From assembly GCA_049513715.1 (NCBI GenBank), contig JBEKVV010000001.1:448001-512000 (forward strand): 64,000 nt of DNA, in the 5' to 3' direction. The DNA is from Candidatus Bathyarchaeia archaeon. GTDB lineage: Archaea > Thermoproteota > Bathyarchaeia > 40CM-2-53-6. Under the pieces are notes generated by a model. The model was not told the origin of the DNA, did not search any database, and saw nothing but the letters and a program-made list of their open reading frames with translations. This document shows positions 9,573 to 18,788 of the stretch, one piece after another. Both the position numbers and the translations under genes were made by a program. How positions within the stretch are numbered: the stretch's first letter is position 1; the number at the start of each line of letters is the position of its first letter.

Positions 9573-11396
9573 GTGTGTGGAATTTCAGCTGCCGTTTTGA
9601 AAACTGGCAACGTTGGTCCAGTGCTCTACGATTCCCTGAAGCGGCTGGAATACCGAGGATACGATTCAGTGGGCGAAGCCACAGTCATAGACGGAAAGAT
9701 TGTTGTCAGGAAGGACAAGGGCAAGATCGATGAGGTTGAAAGAGCGCTCCACATCAGCGGCTTGACAGGCCGAGTTGGGATTGGGCATACACGTTGGGCC
9801 ACACACGGCGCACCGTCACAGGAAAACGCCCACCCACACACAGACTGCAAGGATACTATCGCCGTCGTCCACAACGGGATAATTGAGAATTTCATGCAAC
9901 TCAAGCAAGAGCTGGAGTCGGCTGGCCACCAGTTCAAGTCCAGAACAGACACTGAAGTCGTGGCCCACCTGGTGGAAGAGAATCTGAAACAGGGCAAAGG
10001 ATTCGTTGAGGCGGTTCGGCTTGCGGTTCGGAGATTGAAGGGCGCATATGCCTTGGCGTTCATATGTGCCACGGAACCCGACAAGGTGGTGGGCGTTCGA
10101 AAGGAAAGCCCACTGGTTCTGGGAACAAGCGCGAACGGTAACTTCTGCGCTTCAGACATTCCAGCATTCCTCTCCCGCACCAACCAGGCCATCCTCCTCG
10201 AAGAGGGCGAGATGGCGGTACTGACAGCTGGTAGCGTAAGGATTCTGGAGGTTGAGAGCGGGGAGGAAATATCCCGCAAACCATTCACGGTAGAATGGAG
10301 CGTGGAAACCGCCCTCAAAACGGGCTTTCCACACTTCATGTTGAAAGAGATTACCGAACAACCCCTGAGTGTCCGGAACGCGCTAAGGACGCATCCGATT
10401 TACTTGGATTTGATGGCCTCCGCCCTCAACCGTGCCAAGAAAGTCTTCCTACTAGGCTGCGGCACCTCATACCACGCCTGCCTAGCAGCCGAGTATGTTT
10501 TCTCAAACCTTGCGAAATTTCATGTGACGGCTGTTGTAGCCTCGGAGTTCATGGATGGTTACAGCGCGCTTGTGGATGCGGAAACGGTGGTGCTCGTTGT
10601 GAGTCAATCCGGTGAAACCGCAGATACGCTAAGTGCTGTTCGCGGCGCGAAGGATAGAGGCGCAATGGTTCTTGGGATTAGCAACACTATGGGCTCAACG
10701 CTCACCAGGCTTTCTGATGTATACATTGGCCAAAATTCTGGCCCGGAAATGGGGGTTGCGGCAACCAAGACATTCACCGCTCAGCTGTCTGTCCTCATCA
10801 AAATCGCAGTCGCACTGGCGCACAAGAGAGGCGTTTTGCGAAAAACGGAGCTTGACGAGATCGAAGCCGGATTCCGGCAGCTTCCCAGTTGGATCTCCGC
10901 AGTTCTCTCCACTCAGGAAGGAACGGTCAAGCGAGTTGTTGAGAAATATTCGGACAGGGGGAGTTTCTGTTATCTCGGAAGGGGAATAAGCGTTCCCACC
11001 GCCCTGGAAGGCAGGTTGAAACTCCTGGAGTTGTCGTACTTGCCAGCGATTGCGTATGCGGCCGGCGAATCTAAGCATGGCTTCATCTCCGTGGTAGAGG
11101 AGGGCTATCCCGTAATCTTCGTTGCACCCAAAGACGAATCCTATTCGAAGGTGATTGGTAACGTGATGGAGATGAAGGCCCGAGGAGCTCAAATCATCAG
11201 CATAGTCTCGGAGCAAGACGGTGAGATCTCCGGATTATCAGATGAAACAATCAAAATGCCAACAGGTATTCCATCAATCCTCACGCCGATCGTATACGTT
11301 CTGCCGCTCCAGCTTTTCGCCTACTACATGGCGGTCAGGAAAGGATATGACCCTGACTTCCCACGCAACCTGGCCAAATCAGTGACCGTGCTGTGA
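9573..11396 (+). CDS. glmS: glutamine-fructose-6-phosphate transaminase
   Basis: MCGI start, LEYRGYDS, GHTRWATHG, SQSGETADT, PRNLAKSVTV. Confidence 0.98.
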   Translation: MCGISAAVLKTGNVGPVLYDSLKRLEYRGYDSVGEATVIDGKIVVRKDKGKIDEVERALHISGLTGRVGIGHTRWATHGAPSQENAHPHTDCKDTIAVVHNGIIENFMQLKQELESAGHQFKSRTDTEVVAHLVEENLKQGKGFVEAVRLAVRRLKGAYALAFICATEPDKVVGVRKESPLVLGTSANGNFCASDIPAFLSRTNQAILLEEGEMAVLTAGSVRILEVESGEEISRKPFTVEWSVETALKTGFPHFMLKEITEQPLSVRNALRTHPIYLDLMASALNRAKKVFLLGCGTSYHACLAAEYVFSNLAKFHVTAVVASEFMDGYSALVDAETVVLVVSQSGETADTLSAVRGAKDRGAMVLGISNTMGSTLTRLSDVYIGQNSGPEMGVAATKTFTAQLSVLIKIAVALAHKRGVLRKTELDEIEAGFRQLPSWISAVLSTQEGTVKRVVEKYSDRGSFCYLGRGISVPTALEGRLKLLELSYLPAIAYAAGESKHGFISVVEEGYPVIFVAPKDESYSKVIGNVMEMKARGAQIISIVSEQDGEISGLSDETIKMPTGIPSILTPIVYVLPLQLFAYYMAVRKGYDPDFPRNLAKSVTVL

Positions 11397-11540
11397 TGAT
11401 AGTCTGGGTGCAGGGAACGATGGATACTGCACAGAAATCCTCAACGAGAAAAGAAGCCTACGAAAACTGCGCCAATTCAGCCACCCATGATTGAGTAGGA
11501 ACGCTATTATGGGTAGATGGCTTTGACTCCATGATGACAC

Positions 11541-12227
11541 TTGACGGAATACTCACCATCTCAACGGGCAACCGTCACTTTGACTGGGGCAGCTGTATTT
11601 GCGGCTCTGGCCGCATTACTCACGCTGGCGAAGGCCTCTGTTCCATTCCCGCTGATACCGTACCTTCAGATTGATTTCTCGGAGATTCCGATTCTGATGG
11701 CCTTCTTCCTCTTCGGCCCCGTCGCAGCCACGATTTCAACAGTAATCCAATGGATTTTCCTCAACTTCCAAGGAAGCGATGCTCCACTCGGTCCAGCAAT
11801 CAAGTTCGTTGCGATCATGTCGACACTCGGTGGGTTCTGGTTCGGGAATGTGCTGTATCAACGGTTCAAAGGCAAAACGGCCCGTCCGACTTTGGCCTTG
11901 TCGATGATTCTCAGCAATGCAATAGTGTGGCGAATAGTTGCGATGACTGTCGTAAACTACGTGGTCCTACTCTACATTGCTCCTGTATTCTTCGGGGCTG
12001 ATTACTTGGGGTTTGCCAAGGTTACGCTGGAGAATCTTCCCCTCGGCTTGCACTTGACGAGCATGGCTGACGTGCTTACTTACACGTTGTTGTTCACGGC
12101 GCTTTACAACTTGGTGAACCTACTAATCGCCGCCGTGCCTGCAGAGTTGATTGTGTCACCCATCACAACATCGTTCAAGCACATAACCTCGGTTGAGGCC
12201 TGGCTTGCGAGAAGTCTGAAGTCTTAA
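11541..12227 (+). CDS. ECF transporter S component
   Basis: PFPLIPYLQIDFSEIP motif; multiple TM helices. Confidence 0.8.
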   Translation: MTEYSPSQRATVTLTGAAVFAALAALLTLAKASVPFPLIPYLQIDFSEIPILMAFFLFGPVAATISTVIQWIFLNFQGSDAPLGPAIKFVAIMSTLGGFWFGNVLYQRFKGKTARPTLALSMILSNAIVWRIVAMTVVNYVVLLYIAPVFFGADYLGFAKVTLENLPLGLHLTSMADVLTYTLLFTALYNLVNLLIAAVPAELIVSPITTSFKHITSVEAWLARSLKS

Positions 12228-12236
12228 ACGGTTCGT

Positions 12237-13493
12237 TTAGACGATGATCATGTTTTCTCGTCTCGGGCCCACGGATACGTAGCGGATTGGAACGTTCACT
12301 AGTTCCTCCACACGTTTCAGGAATGCTTGAGCTTCTCTGGGCAAGTCTTTCCATTTTCGAGCCTCGCTAGTTGACTTCTTCCATCCCTTCCATTCTTCGT
12401 ATACAGGTTTGACTTGACCTAGCTCAACCGTGTCAGGCATGTCTGTGACAGTTTTGCCGCCGATTTGGTAGGCTGTGCAGATCCCTATTCTTTCAAATGA
12501 GTCGAGGACATCGAGTTTAGTGATCGCAATCCCCGTAAATCCATTCAATGAGGCCGCGTATCGAACCACAACTGCATCCAACCAGCCGCAGCGGCGAGGC
12601 CGTTTTGTGGTTGCGCCGTATTCGTCCCCGACTTTTCGGAGTCGTTCTCCGTCCGCGTCAGAGAGTTCGGTTGGGAAGGGGCCACCTCCTACGGATGTGG
12701 TGTAGGCTTTCACGACCCCGGTCACGTCTTTGATCCATTTTGGTGAGATACCTGCTCCATCACACGCACCACCGGCAGTCGGTGAAGAGGCAGTGCTGTA
12801 CGGGTATATACCCCAGTCTAAGTCACGCATCACCCCCAGCTGTCCTTCCAGAAGAATATTCTTGCCTGCTGTGATCGCGTTCTGTATGATTGGGACAGAA
12901 TCAATGATTGATTTGCCAAGCTTTTCTTTCCACACCGCCGCCTCGCGTAGCAGTTCCTCGAGGCTAAGTGGTTTCAAGCCGTAGAATGCCATCTCATGGT
13001 TCTTGAGTGGGAGAACCTTTTCCAGTCTCTGTCGTAGGAATTCCGGATGTAGCAGGTCGCCCATTCTGATGCCTCTGTATGCGGCCTTGTCGCCATAAGC
13101 TGGGCCAATTCCCCGGCGTGTCGTGCCCAAACCGCCTTTTTGTTCACCTGCTCCATCTAGAAGGCGGTGGTATGGCCAAACAATATGTGCCCTCCTGTCG
13201 ATGCGCATATTGTCAGTGTTTACTCGGGCTTCCTGTAACCCCGCTACTTCTTCCAGTAGCGATGAAGGGTCGATTGCCATGCCCGCACCTAGTAGGCACA
13301 TCACATTGGGATAGAAGATTCCTGAAGGAACGAGGTGCAGCTTGAAAGTTCCCAGTTCGTTTACGACAGTGTGTCCAGCGTTGTTTCCGCCCTGGAACCT
13401 GACGACGATGTCGGCTTTGGCCGCGAGATAATCGATAATGCGTCCTTTGCCCTCGTCGCCGAATTGACCGCCGACGACTACAGTGCACGCCAC
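12237..13493 (-). CDS. purA: adenylosuccinate synthase
   Basis: GGQFGDEGKG, GGNNAGHT, GTTRRGIGPAY, EYGATTKRPRRCGWLD; GTG start at 13493. Confidence 0.97.
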   Translation of the reverse strand: MACTVVVGGQFGDEGKGRIIDYLAAKADIVVRFQGGNNAGHTVVNELGTFKLHLVPSGIFYPNVMCLLGAGMAIDPSSLLEEVAGLQEARVNTDNMRIDRRAHIVWPYHRLLDGAGEQKGGLGTTRRGIGPAYGDKAAYRGIRMGDLLHPEFLRQRLEKVLPLKNHEMAFYGLKPLSLEELLREAAVWKEKLGKSIIDSVPIIQNAITAGKNILLEGQLGVMRDLDWGIYPYSTASSPTAGGACDGAGISPKWIKDVTGVVKAYTTSVGGGPFPTELSDADGERLRKVGDEYGATTKRPRRCGWLDAVVVRYAASLNGFTGIAITKLDVLDSFERIGICTAYQIGGKTVTDMPDTVELGQVKPVYEEWKGWKKSTSEARKWKDLPREAQAFLKRVEELVNVPIRYVSVGPRRENMIIV

Positions 13494-13627
13494 TAAGGTT
13501 TCCCCCCCGTTGGGGCTGGGTTTGAAATTTAAGCTTTCAGCGCCGGTCGTGAAGTTGGATTTTACGATATCCACATTCGCGGCGGTGGAATCGCACAATT
13601 CAAGCGGGTTCTAAGATTGTTCGTTGG

Positions 13628-13719
13628 TTCGACGGGTGAGAATAGGTTTCAGACTGCCCGTCGAATGCCATCACTGCGCTGGCTGAGAGCGCTCTGAACT
13701 TAAAGGACGCATTATCTTC
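13628..13719. repeat. ~90-bp structured direct repeat, copy A
   Basis: Similar to 15009-15095; TTCGACGGG/CCCGTCGAA and GCGCT/AGCGC stems. Confidence 0.85.
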
Positions 13720-13754
13720 CATGACCACTTTTGCTCAGTTAAGGGACGCAGCTT

Positions 13755-14444
13755 TCACATGAATTCGAGCATGCACGAGCCTCTGTAGATGCTATTGATT
13801 GAGGATGCTAGAACGCTCTTGATCTTGGACACCTCATAACTGGAGAATTTCTGTGATTGCTGCGGGAGAGGAGGAGCTTGCTGCAGCACCGAGAGTACTT
13901 GGCTGTAGATTGCAGCAAGGTCGCTGAAGCTGGCCTTCATTATCATATCAGTCTGTTTCGCTTCAGCTAGCGCTCCCCACTCGGTTAGGAGATGAGCACA
14001 AACAGCAGCATGAATTGCCAGCTGTCCATCTCCTGGCCGTAACTGGTGGTCTCCTCGAATGGGGACAGGGGCGATTGAATCATTCCACCTGCCTCGCAAT
14101 TCCTCTAGCCGGTCGGTCTTAGAATGGAATCTCTTCTCCAGTTCGAGTCTCAGCGCATAGTATTCTGCGAGAAAATCTACTGGGTTTCCGGTCAGTTCGG
14201 GGACTGCTCCGTTGATTCGTGTTTTTGAGGGTGGATACCCTAAGTGAAAGAGAAAAACATGAGCCCCCTCATGAAACAAAATGACCATGTCCAAAGATGG
14301 GTCACCTCTCACCTCAATGTGGACCTGACCATCCACAGGGCGAGGAATCGTGTGGGGAATCTCAGTGGCTTCAACAAACGTTAGGCTAAATTCAGCCTGA
14401 TCTATCTGCCAAATTCGCTTGATTTCCTCGGCAAAGTCTGGCAT
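13755..14444 (-). CDS. hypothetical protein with HExxH (ImmA/IrrE-like metallopeptidase) motif
   Basis: ILFHEGAHVFL; downstream DFLAEY. Confidence 0.6.
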   Translation of the reverse strand: MPDFAEEIKRIWQIDQAEFSLTFVEATEIPHTIPRPVDGQVHIEVRGDPSLDMVILFHEGAHVFLFHLGYPPSKTRINGAVPELTGNPVDFLAEYYALRLELEKRFHSKTDRLEELRGRWNDSIAPVPIRGDHQLRPGDGQLAIHAAVCAHLLTEWGALAEAKQTDMIMKASFSDLAAIYSQVLSVLQQAPPLPQQSQKFSSYEVSKIKSVLASSINSIYRGSCMLEFM

Positions 14445-14521
14445 GCCACTCGTTTCCTAGCTTGCGACAAATTCCTTCCATTCAGATAAAGGATGGTCAC
14501 ATTCCAACCAACATTGGGACA

Positions 14522-14938
14522 TTATGGGCCTTCCATGTGGAGCACTTCATCAGGCCAATTTCTGAGGCCGTGTGCTCTCAACATCATGAGTTCCCACTCC
14601 GCCCATCGAAGTGACAGTTGATGCAATATTCGAACCACCTGAGAGAGCGTGGCGTCATCTATGTAACCAAACCAACGACGCAAACGCGAATAATGTGAAG
14701 GAACGTACACAAGGACCACCTGAATCTTATGATTCTTGCCATCCGTGAACAAATCGCCAGCGAAATCAGAACGACGTTGGAAAGCCAATCGTACTGATGA
14801 TGAAAGTAAGGCGGGAGATTTCATCTCGACAAGCAGAAGCTCGAGAGACTTTGCAAAGAATTCGCTTCGTTCTTGGTGATTGGCAACATATGAAGAGATA
14901 CTGCTGAACCGTACAGCGTAATCGCGACCAATTCGCAT
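14522..14938 (-). CDS. hypothetical protein
   Basis: 138-aa ORF, no recognised motif. Confidence 0.45.
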   Translation of the reverse strand: MRIGRDYAVRFSSISSYVANHQERSEFFAKSLELLLVEMKSPALLSSSVRLAFQRRSDFAGDLFTDGKNHKIQVVLVYVPSHYSRLRRWFGYIDDATLSQVVRILHQLSLRWAEWELMMLRAHGLRNWPDEVLHMEGP

Positions 14939-15008
14939 GGCATGCTGTTGAACAAGAAGTTCGATTTAACATAAGGAGGCTGGGAACGAGACGGGCCGCG
15001 GGAGATTG

Positions 15009-15095
15009 TCGACGGGGGATAATGAATCAGTCTGCCCGTCGAAACGTCACTGCGCCGGCTGAGGGCGCTCTGCACTTAATGGACACATCATTTTC
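15009..15095. repeat. ~90-bp structured direct repeat, copy B
   Basis: TCGACGGG/CCCGTCGA and GCGCC/GGCGC stems; similar to 13628-13719. Confidence 0.85.
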
Positions 15096-15229
15096 GCGTA
15101 CGCAGTCCACTTCCAGACCGTTTGGAGATCTCTATCCATTAAATCTTCGGTAGCGCCTTGTGCCTTGGCATTTGGGTTTTGCTGCTTTGTTTTTCTGGGT
15201 CGTGAACTCTTGCAGTCGAGAGAGAGACT

Positions 15230-15252
15230 TGGTGGGGCCGGTGGGATTTGAA
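15230..15252 (-). mobile_element. tRNA 3'-end remnant (Pro-like), candidate att site
   Basis: Minus strand reads TTCAAATCCCACCGGCCCCACCA = T-loop, T-stem, acceptor strand, discriminator A and CCA; the rest of the tRNA is absent. Confidence 0.75.
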
Positions 15253-15301
15253 AGATTCCTCGACTAAGTTGCGTAGAGTAGTTGATGAAGGCGTGACATT
15301 A

Positions 15302-15673
15302 GCGCAATAACGACGATTCGTTGGAGTCAAGAAAAATGAACTCTGTAAGGCTACGAGTACTAATAGTACAAGTAAAAAGTTCGAGTTTGCGCGTAAAAAG
15401 TTCGTCGGCGAACATTGTCATCCTAGGGGAGTCCTACATTCCTTGACGATGCGAGAATGGTGAAACCCACCATTTCTAGGAACTACGGCCGTTTGAAGGC
15501 ATCTTTCACGTCTTTTCGTGTCAGTAGGCAGATTCTCGTGTGTCCTACGTCAAAACGTCAAGAAATCTGGTCGCGTCTCAGTGATGGCATGGACAAAACG
15601 GGCTTCAGCGCACCATTTTGGGCCTGCGTAAAAAGTTCGACTGATGGATAGTGAATTGGGCAGATTTGCGCGC
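15302..15673. repeat. ~370-bp structured non-coding direct repeat, copy 1
   Basis: Colinear with 19658-20027 over its full length, with substitutions and small indels. Confidence 0.92.
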
Positions 15674-15787
15674 CTTCCACCGAACGGAAAATTTGGAAGG
15701 GTGATCAAGGTCGCTTTCCTCAAGAAGACGGACGGCTCGAAACGATGTCGCTCTCGGCGTCTTGTTTTTGTCTCTTCGCGTTTGGTC

Positions 15788-16594
15788 TTACCATGGTGGG
15801 ATGTGGTCGTACACTCGACCGTTGAGTACGCGGCAGCCGTACGCCGGCTCATGAGAAGGTGTGCTAGGTGCTGTGGGATTCTTCGGCCTGTGACACGTAC
15901 ACTTTCTGTCCCCTCCGAGCTGCTTCAGCATGAAGGGAACTTTCGCTGCTTGGCACTGCTGGACCAGGTCTAGAAACCACTTCTCTTCTGGGCGGCGTGG
16001 AGGATGCTTCGAGTCCCCTGACTCTCCGCCCGTAATTACCCACCCCAAATCTTTGAGGTAGGGCCTGAGGTCTATTGGTCCGAGCAGTGGTTCTGCTGAA
16101 ACCCATTTCAGTTTTGCTGGGACCGCTTGCAGGAACTTGATGCGTGGCGCAAATTTATCTTTTTCAACGCTGACTCCTAACCAAACATTGTCGTAGCCGT
16201 TTGGACCCCAATCTGGGGGAAGGGAACTTTGAATGTGTCCTGGGAATTTTGTAGATATTCGATACGTGTGCCACCAGGTCTGCCGCATGAACTTCCAGGT
16301 CAATGGCCGCCACTTGTCTGCGACTGGGTCGTCCACGAAAAAATCGCTCCAAGGACAGATGAATACCATTTTCGGGTCTTGCTGCTTCCAGTAGAGGGGC
16401 TTCTTGAAGGAGTGTGGCGTGCCTAGAGTCACTTCGTGTTCGTGACCCCTGTACCGTTTGTAGCGGGGCATCTGGCGCACGACCGCATAGCAGTTCTCGC
16501 AACCATCGCTGATAGGGCCGGGGCATCCGTGCCAAGGCCCCCAGCTTTCGCCCATTTTCGTCGCTATCTGGATCGTCGTCGTCTTAACGCTCAT
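15788..16594 (-). CDS. DUF5131 / phage Gp37Gp68 family radical-SAM-like protein
   Basis: W.PWHGC...SDGCENCYA, FICPWSDFF, NVWLGVSVE, SAEPLLG, WVITGGESG, KQLGG; GGAGGTGA SD before MSVK. Confidence 0.9.
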   Translation of the reverse strand: MSVKTTTIQIATKMGESWGPWHGCPGPISDGCENCYAVVRQMPRYKRYRGHEHEVTLGTPHSFKKPLYWKQQDPKMVFICPWSDFFVDDPVADKWRPLTWKFMRQTWWHTYRISTKFPGHIQSSLPPDWGPNGYDNVWLGVSVEKDKFAPRIKFLQAVPAKLKWVSAEPLLGPIDLRPYLKDLGWVITGGESGDSKHPPRRPEEKWFLDLVQQCQAAKVPFMLKQLGGDRKCTCHRPKNPTAPSTPSHEPAYGCRVLNGRVYDHIPPW

Positions 16595-16724
16595 AGATTC
16601 ACCTCCTTCGTTTCTTGTTCCCGCATAATATTCTTGTTCCAATCAGAATCAGAGAAGCAACTGTTTCTGAACCTGAGCATGTCAGTGTTGGCCAGGCCAA
16701 ACACCCGACTATTCGCCCCTCTCC

Positions 16725-17207
16725 TCAACTCCAATTCATTGGGACGACTATCATGGTACTTTTCGAAATAGGAACGAACTCCGAACGCCGTTTCCTCGAA
16801 AATGGCATCTTATAACGGCTGCAGAGTTTCTCTATTATGCTCTCTGCTTCCTTGACGGCAGCTACTGGATCCGGCTGGTCATCGTCAACAATCAATTCGA
16901 TGTGGCATTGGAAATCCTGGCGGTCTTGGACGAGCCACGCGCTGCAACCCTTGTTTTCAAACAGCTCATTGAACTCCTCAAGCTTTTGATGGATCTCCAT
17001 CTCGTCGTAGACAGTTAGATTATCATCCAAGAAGCCCTCATCACCAAACGTCACTCCACATTCGAAGTAGCCTAGACGGAGCATCTCGTCGCGGCATTGC
17101 TTGCACGCCCAGCCCAGAAATTCAAAATCATGGGCTTGGTCAGAGTCTCTAGTATGAACACTCGACACCGCTCGTGTTGACCCGCACTTGAAGCACAGAT
17201 TCTCCAT
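16725..17207 (-). CDS. zinc-finger hypothetical protein
   Basis: CFKC...CKQC pair; lies within the minus-strand operon. Confidence 0.6.
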   Translation of the reverse strand: MENLCFKCGSTRAVSSVHTRDSDQAHDFEFLGWACKQCRDEMLRLGYFECGVTFGDEGFLDDNLTVYDEMEIHQKLEEFNELFENKGCSAWLVQDRQDFQCHIELIVDDDQPDPVAAVKEAESIIEKLCSRYKMPFSRKRRSEFVPISKSTMIVVPMNWS

Positions 17208-17242
17208 CGCTGCCTCCAGGGCACGCCCATCGATTGAAAGCG

Positions 17243-18655
17243 TTAGCATCGTTCAATCTCCTGCAATTCAATGATCCGAGTCCTCTGTGCGTGCGCGGCG
17301 TCGCTGAGAAAGACGGCTGGAAAGTCTTGACGAAGCAGTTTCACAGGGCGACCAGCGGTCGCAGGAGAAAAGACCTTCTGGAAAATGCAGCAAGCCCGTA
17401 GCCTGTGCCAAACCCTCGTGGCCAGAAGAATCCGTTTGCTGTACACTGTTCCGTCGGGTCGTGGTGTGACCGTCACGTGGTAGGACGCGATGTGTCCGCC
17501 CGGCCTGCAGACTCTGACGGCCTCGCGTATGTATTGGCTGTAGGTCAGCTTTCCGGTGCCGTAGCGGGCCGTCGCGTCCTCCTTGCTGTATGGAGGATCC
17601 GAGATGACTAGGGCGAACACGTTGTCTCGGAACGGAAGGTTGTGCGCGTCGGCCCGGACGTCTGGCGGCCTCCAATTCACTCCGGAGCCAAACCTCTCAG
17701 CCAGTGGATGGGTTGTTCTCAGGTCTATTCGCAGTCCGTACTCTCCCATTCCTCCGAACTGGTGCAGCACCGGCGTAGGATTGTCCAGCAAAGTGAGGAG
17801 TTTCTTCTCGAAATATCTCGGGAATCCGCCGGGGTACTTGTCGGGCTTTGGACGCGGAAGAACCCAGGCGAGTGTGGGGACGGGTGAATGTCTTGTCGGG
17901 CCGGTTGCGCCTCCGACTTCGAGTGCTTGCAGCCGCTTGGCGGCCAATGGTGTCGGACCGTTCCAGCCTTCTTTTCGCATCACGAAGGCGACCCTGACCT
18001 GGTGGCCGTTCTTTCCGTTTGGCGGCAAGCAGTAATCGCACTTGTTGCCGCACCATGTGTCCTCCTTTCGCCCGGTCAGCTTCACTCCGGGAAGGTCGGC
18101 GGGGCACACGTATTCGCCCGCCTTCGCCTGACTCGGCTCGTCTACGACCACGGCGTAATTGTCCGTCGCCTTGTCGATCTTGTCGTCGTCCAAGCCGCCC
18201 TCAGATTTTGTGACTGTGAAGTTCGGCAGAGCGGTCAGCGGTGAGAGGTCAAGGGCGGCGTGGCTCTTCGTGTAGTACCAGAAGCGGACGGCGGGCAGGC
18301 GGCGGGCTATCTCCGCCCAAGCTAGGACATAAGACTTCGTGTGGAAGTCTCCGCTCTCATGAACCCTTACGCCGATCAGCCCCACATCCAGTATCCTTGC
18401 GACCATCAGGTCTGTGAAGTCTCTCCTCAACGACGCACGAAGGTTCTCCCTCCATGCGGCCTTGACTTTTCCTCGGAGGCCCTTCAGAACCTTGAAAGTG
18501 TAGCAGAAGCCCAGGCACTGCCAGGCCCTCAGGCACGTTTCGGGTGCGGGCAGGCTCCAGTTTCCAAAAGCCGGGTGGATCTTTCTGTTTCCTTTGACAA
18601 GGTTGATCTTTTGGGCCGCCTGGCCCCACACGTTCGGACTATTCTTGCTTCCCAA
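17243..18655 (-). CDS. GP88-like Cys-rich domain fused to a DPPY-type amino-methyltransferase domain
   Basis: N-terminal WSLPAPETC, C..FCY, VRVHESGDF, WYYTK, C..C..C; C-terminal LHQFGG, DAHNLPF, SDPPYS, VCRPGG. Confidence 0.75.
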   Translation of the reverse strand: MGSKNSPNVWGQAAQKINLVKGNRKIHPAFGNWSLPAPETCLRAWQCLGFCYTFKVLKGLRGKVKAAWRENLRASLRRDFTDLMVARILDVGLIGVRVHESGDFHTKSYVLAWAEIARRLPAVRFWYYTKSHAALDLSPLTALPNFTVTKSEGGLDDDKIDKATDNYAVVVDEPSQAKAGEYVCPADLPGVKLTGRKEDTWCGNKCDYCLPPNGKNGHQVRVAFVMRKEGWNGPTPLAAKRLQALEVGGATGPTRHSPVPTLAWVLPRPKPDKYPGGFPRYFEKKLLTLLDNPTPVLHQFGGMGEYGLRIDLRTTHPLAERFGSGVNWRPPDVRADAHNLPFRDNVFALVISDPPYSKEDATARYGTGKLTYSQYIREAVRVCRPGGHIASYHVTVTPRPDGTVYSKRILLATRVWHRLRACCIFQKVFSPATAGRPVKLLRQDFPAVFLSDAAHAQRTRIIELQEIERC

Positions 18656-18788
18656 TATTTTTCACTGGGAAGCACCTTGAATTTCGCGGGCAGTATCCCG
18701 CGCATTCACCGCGCACTAGTCCGGAGGGGGTGCGCGACATCAAGAATAATACGGCGGGGAGCCACGGCTACTGTGTGGTGTCCGCCAG

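Noticed and set aside
11400..11540. riboswitch upstream of the ECF S component
   Set aside because: No recognisable FMN, TPP or cobalamin consensus
989..13488. Many antisense or overlapping ORFs in the housekeeping block
   Set aside because: Shadow ORFs of well-supported genes with no motifs
13628..13719. purA riboswitch or hammerhead ribozyme
   Set aside because: A TATA-like box lies between it and purA, a second copy is unlinked to purA, and the catalytic or aptamer consensus is absent
14964..14991. ATTTAACATAA matching a XerD arm
   Set aside because: No second arm at the expected spacing; more likely the promoter of ORF 14522-14938
13628..15095. canonical integron attC sites
   Set aside because: No RYYYAAC/GTTRRRY ends and no IntI gene
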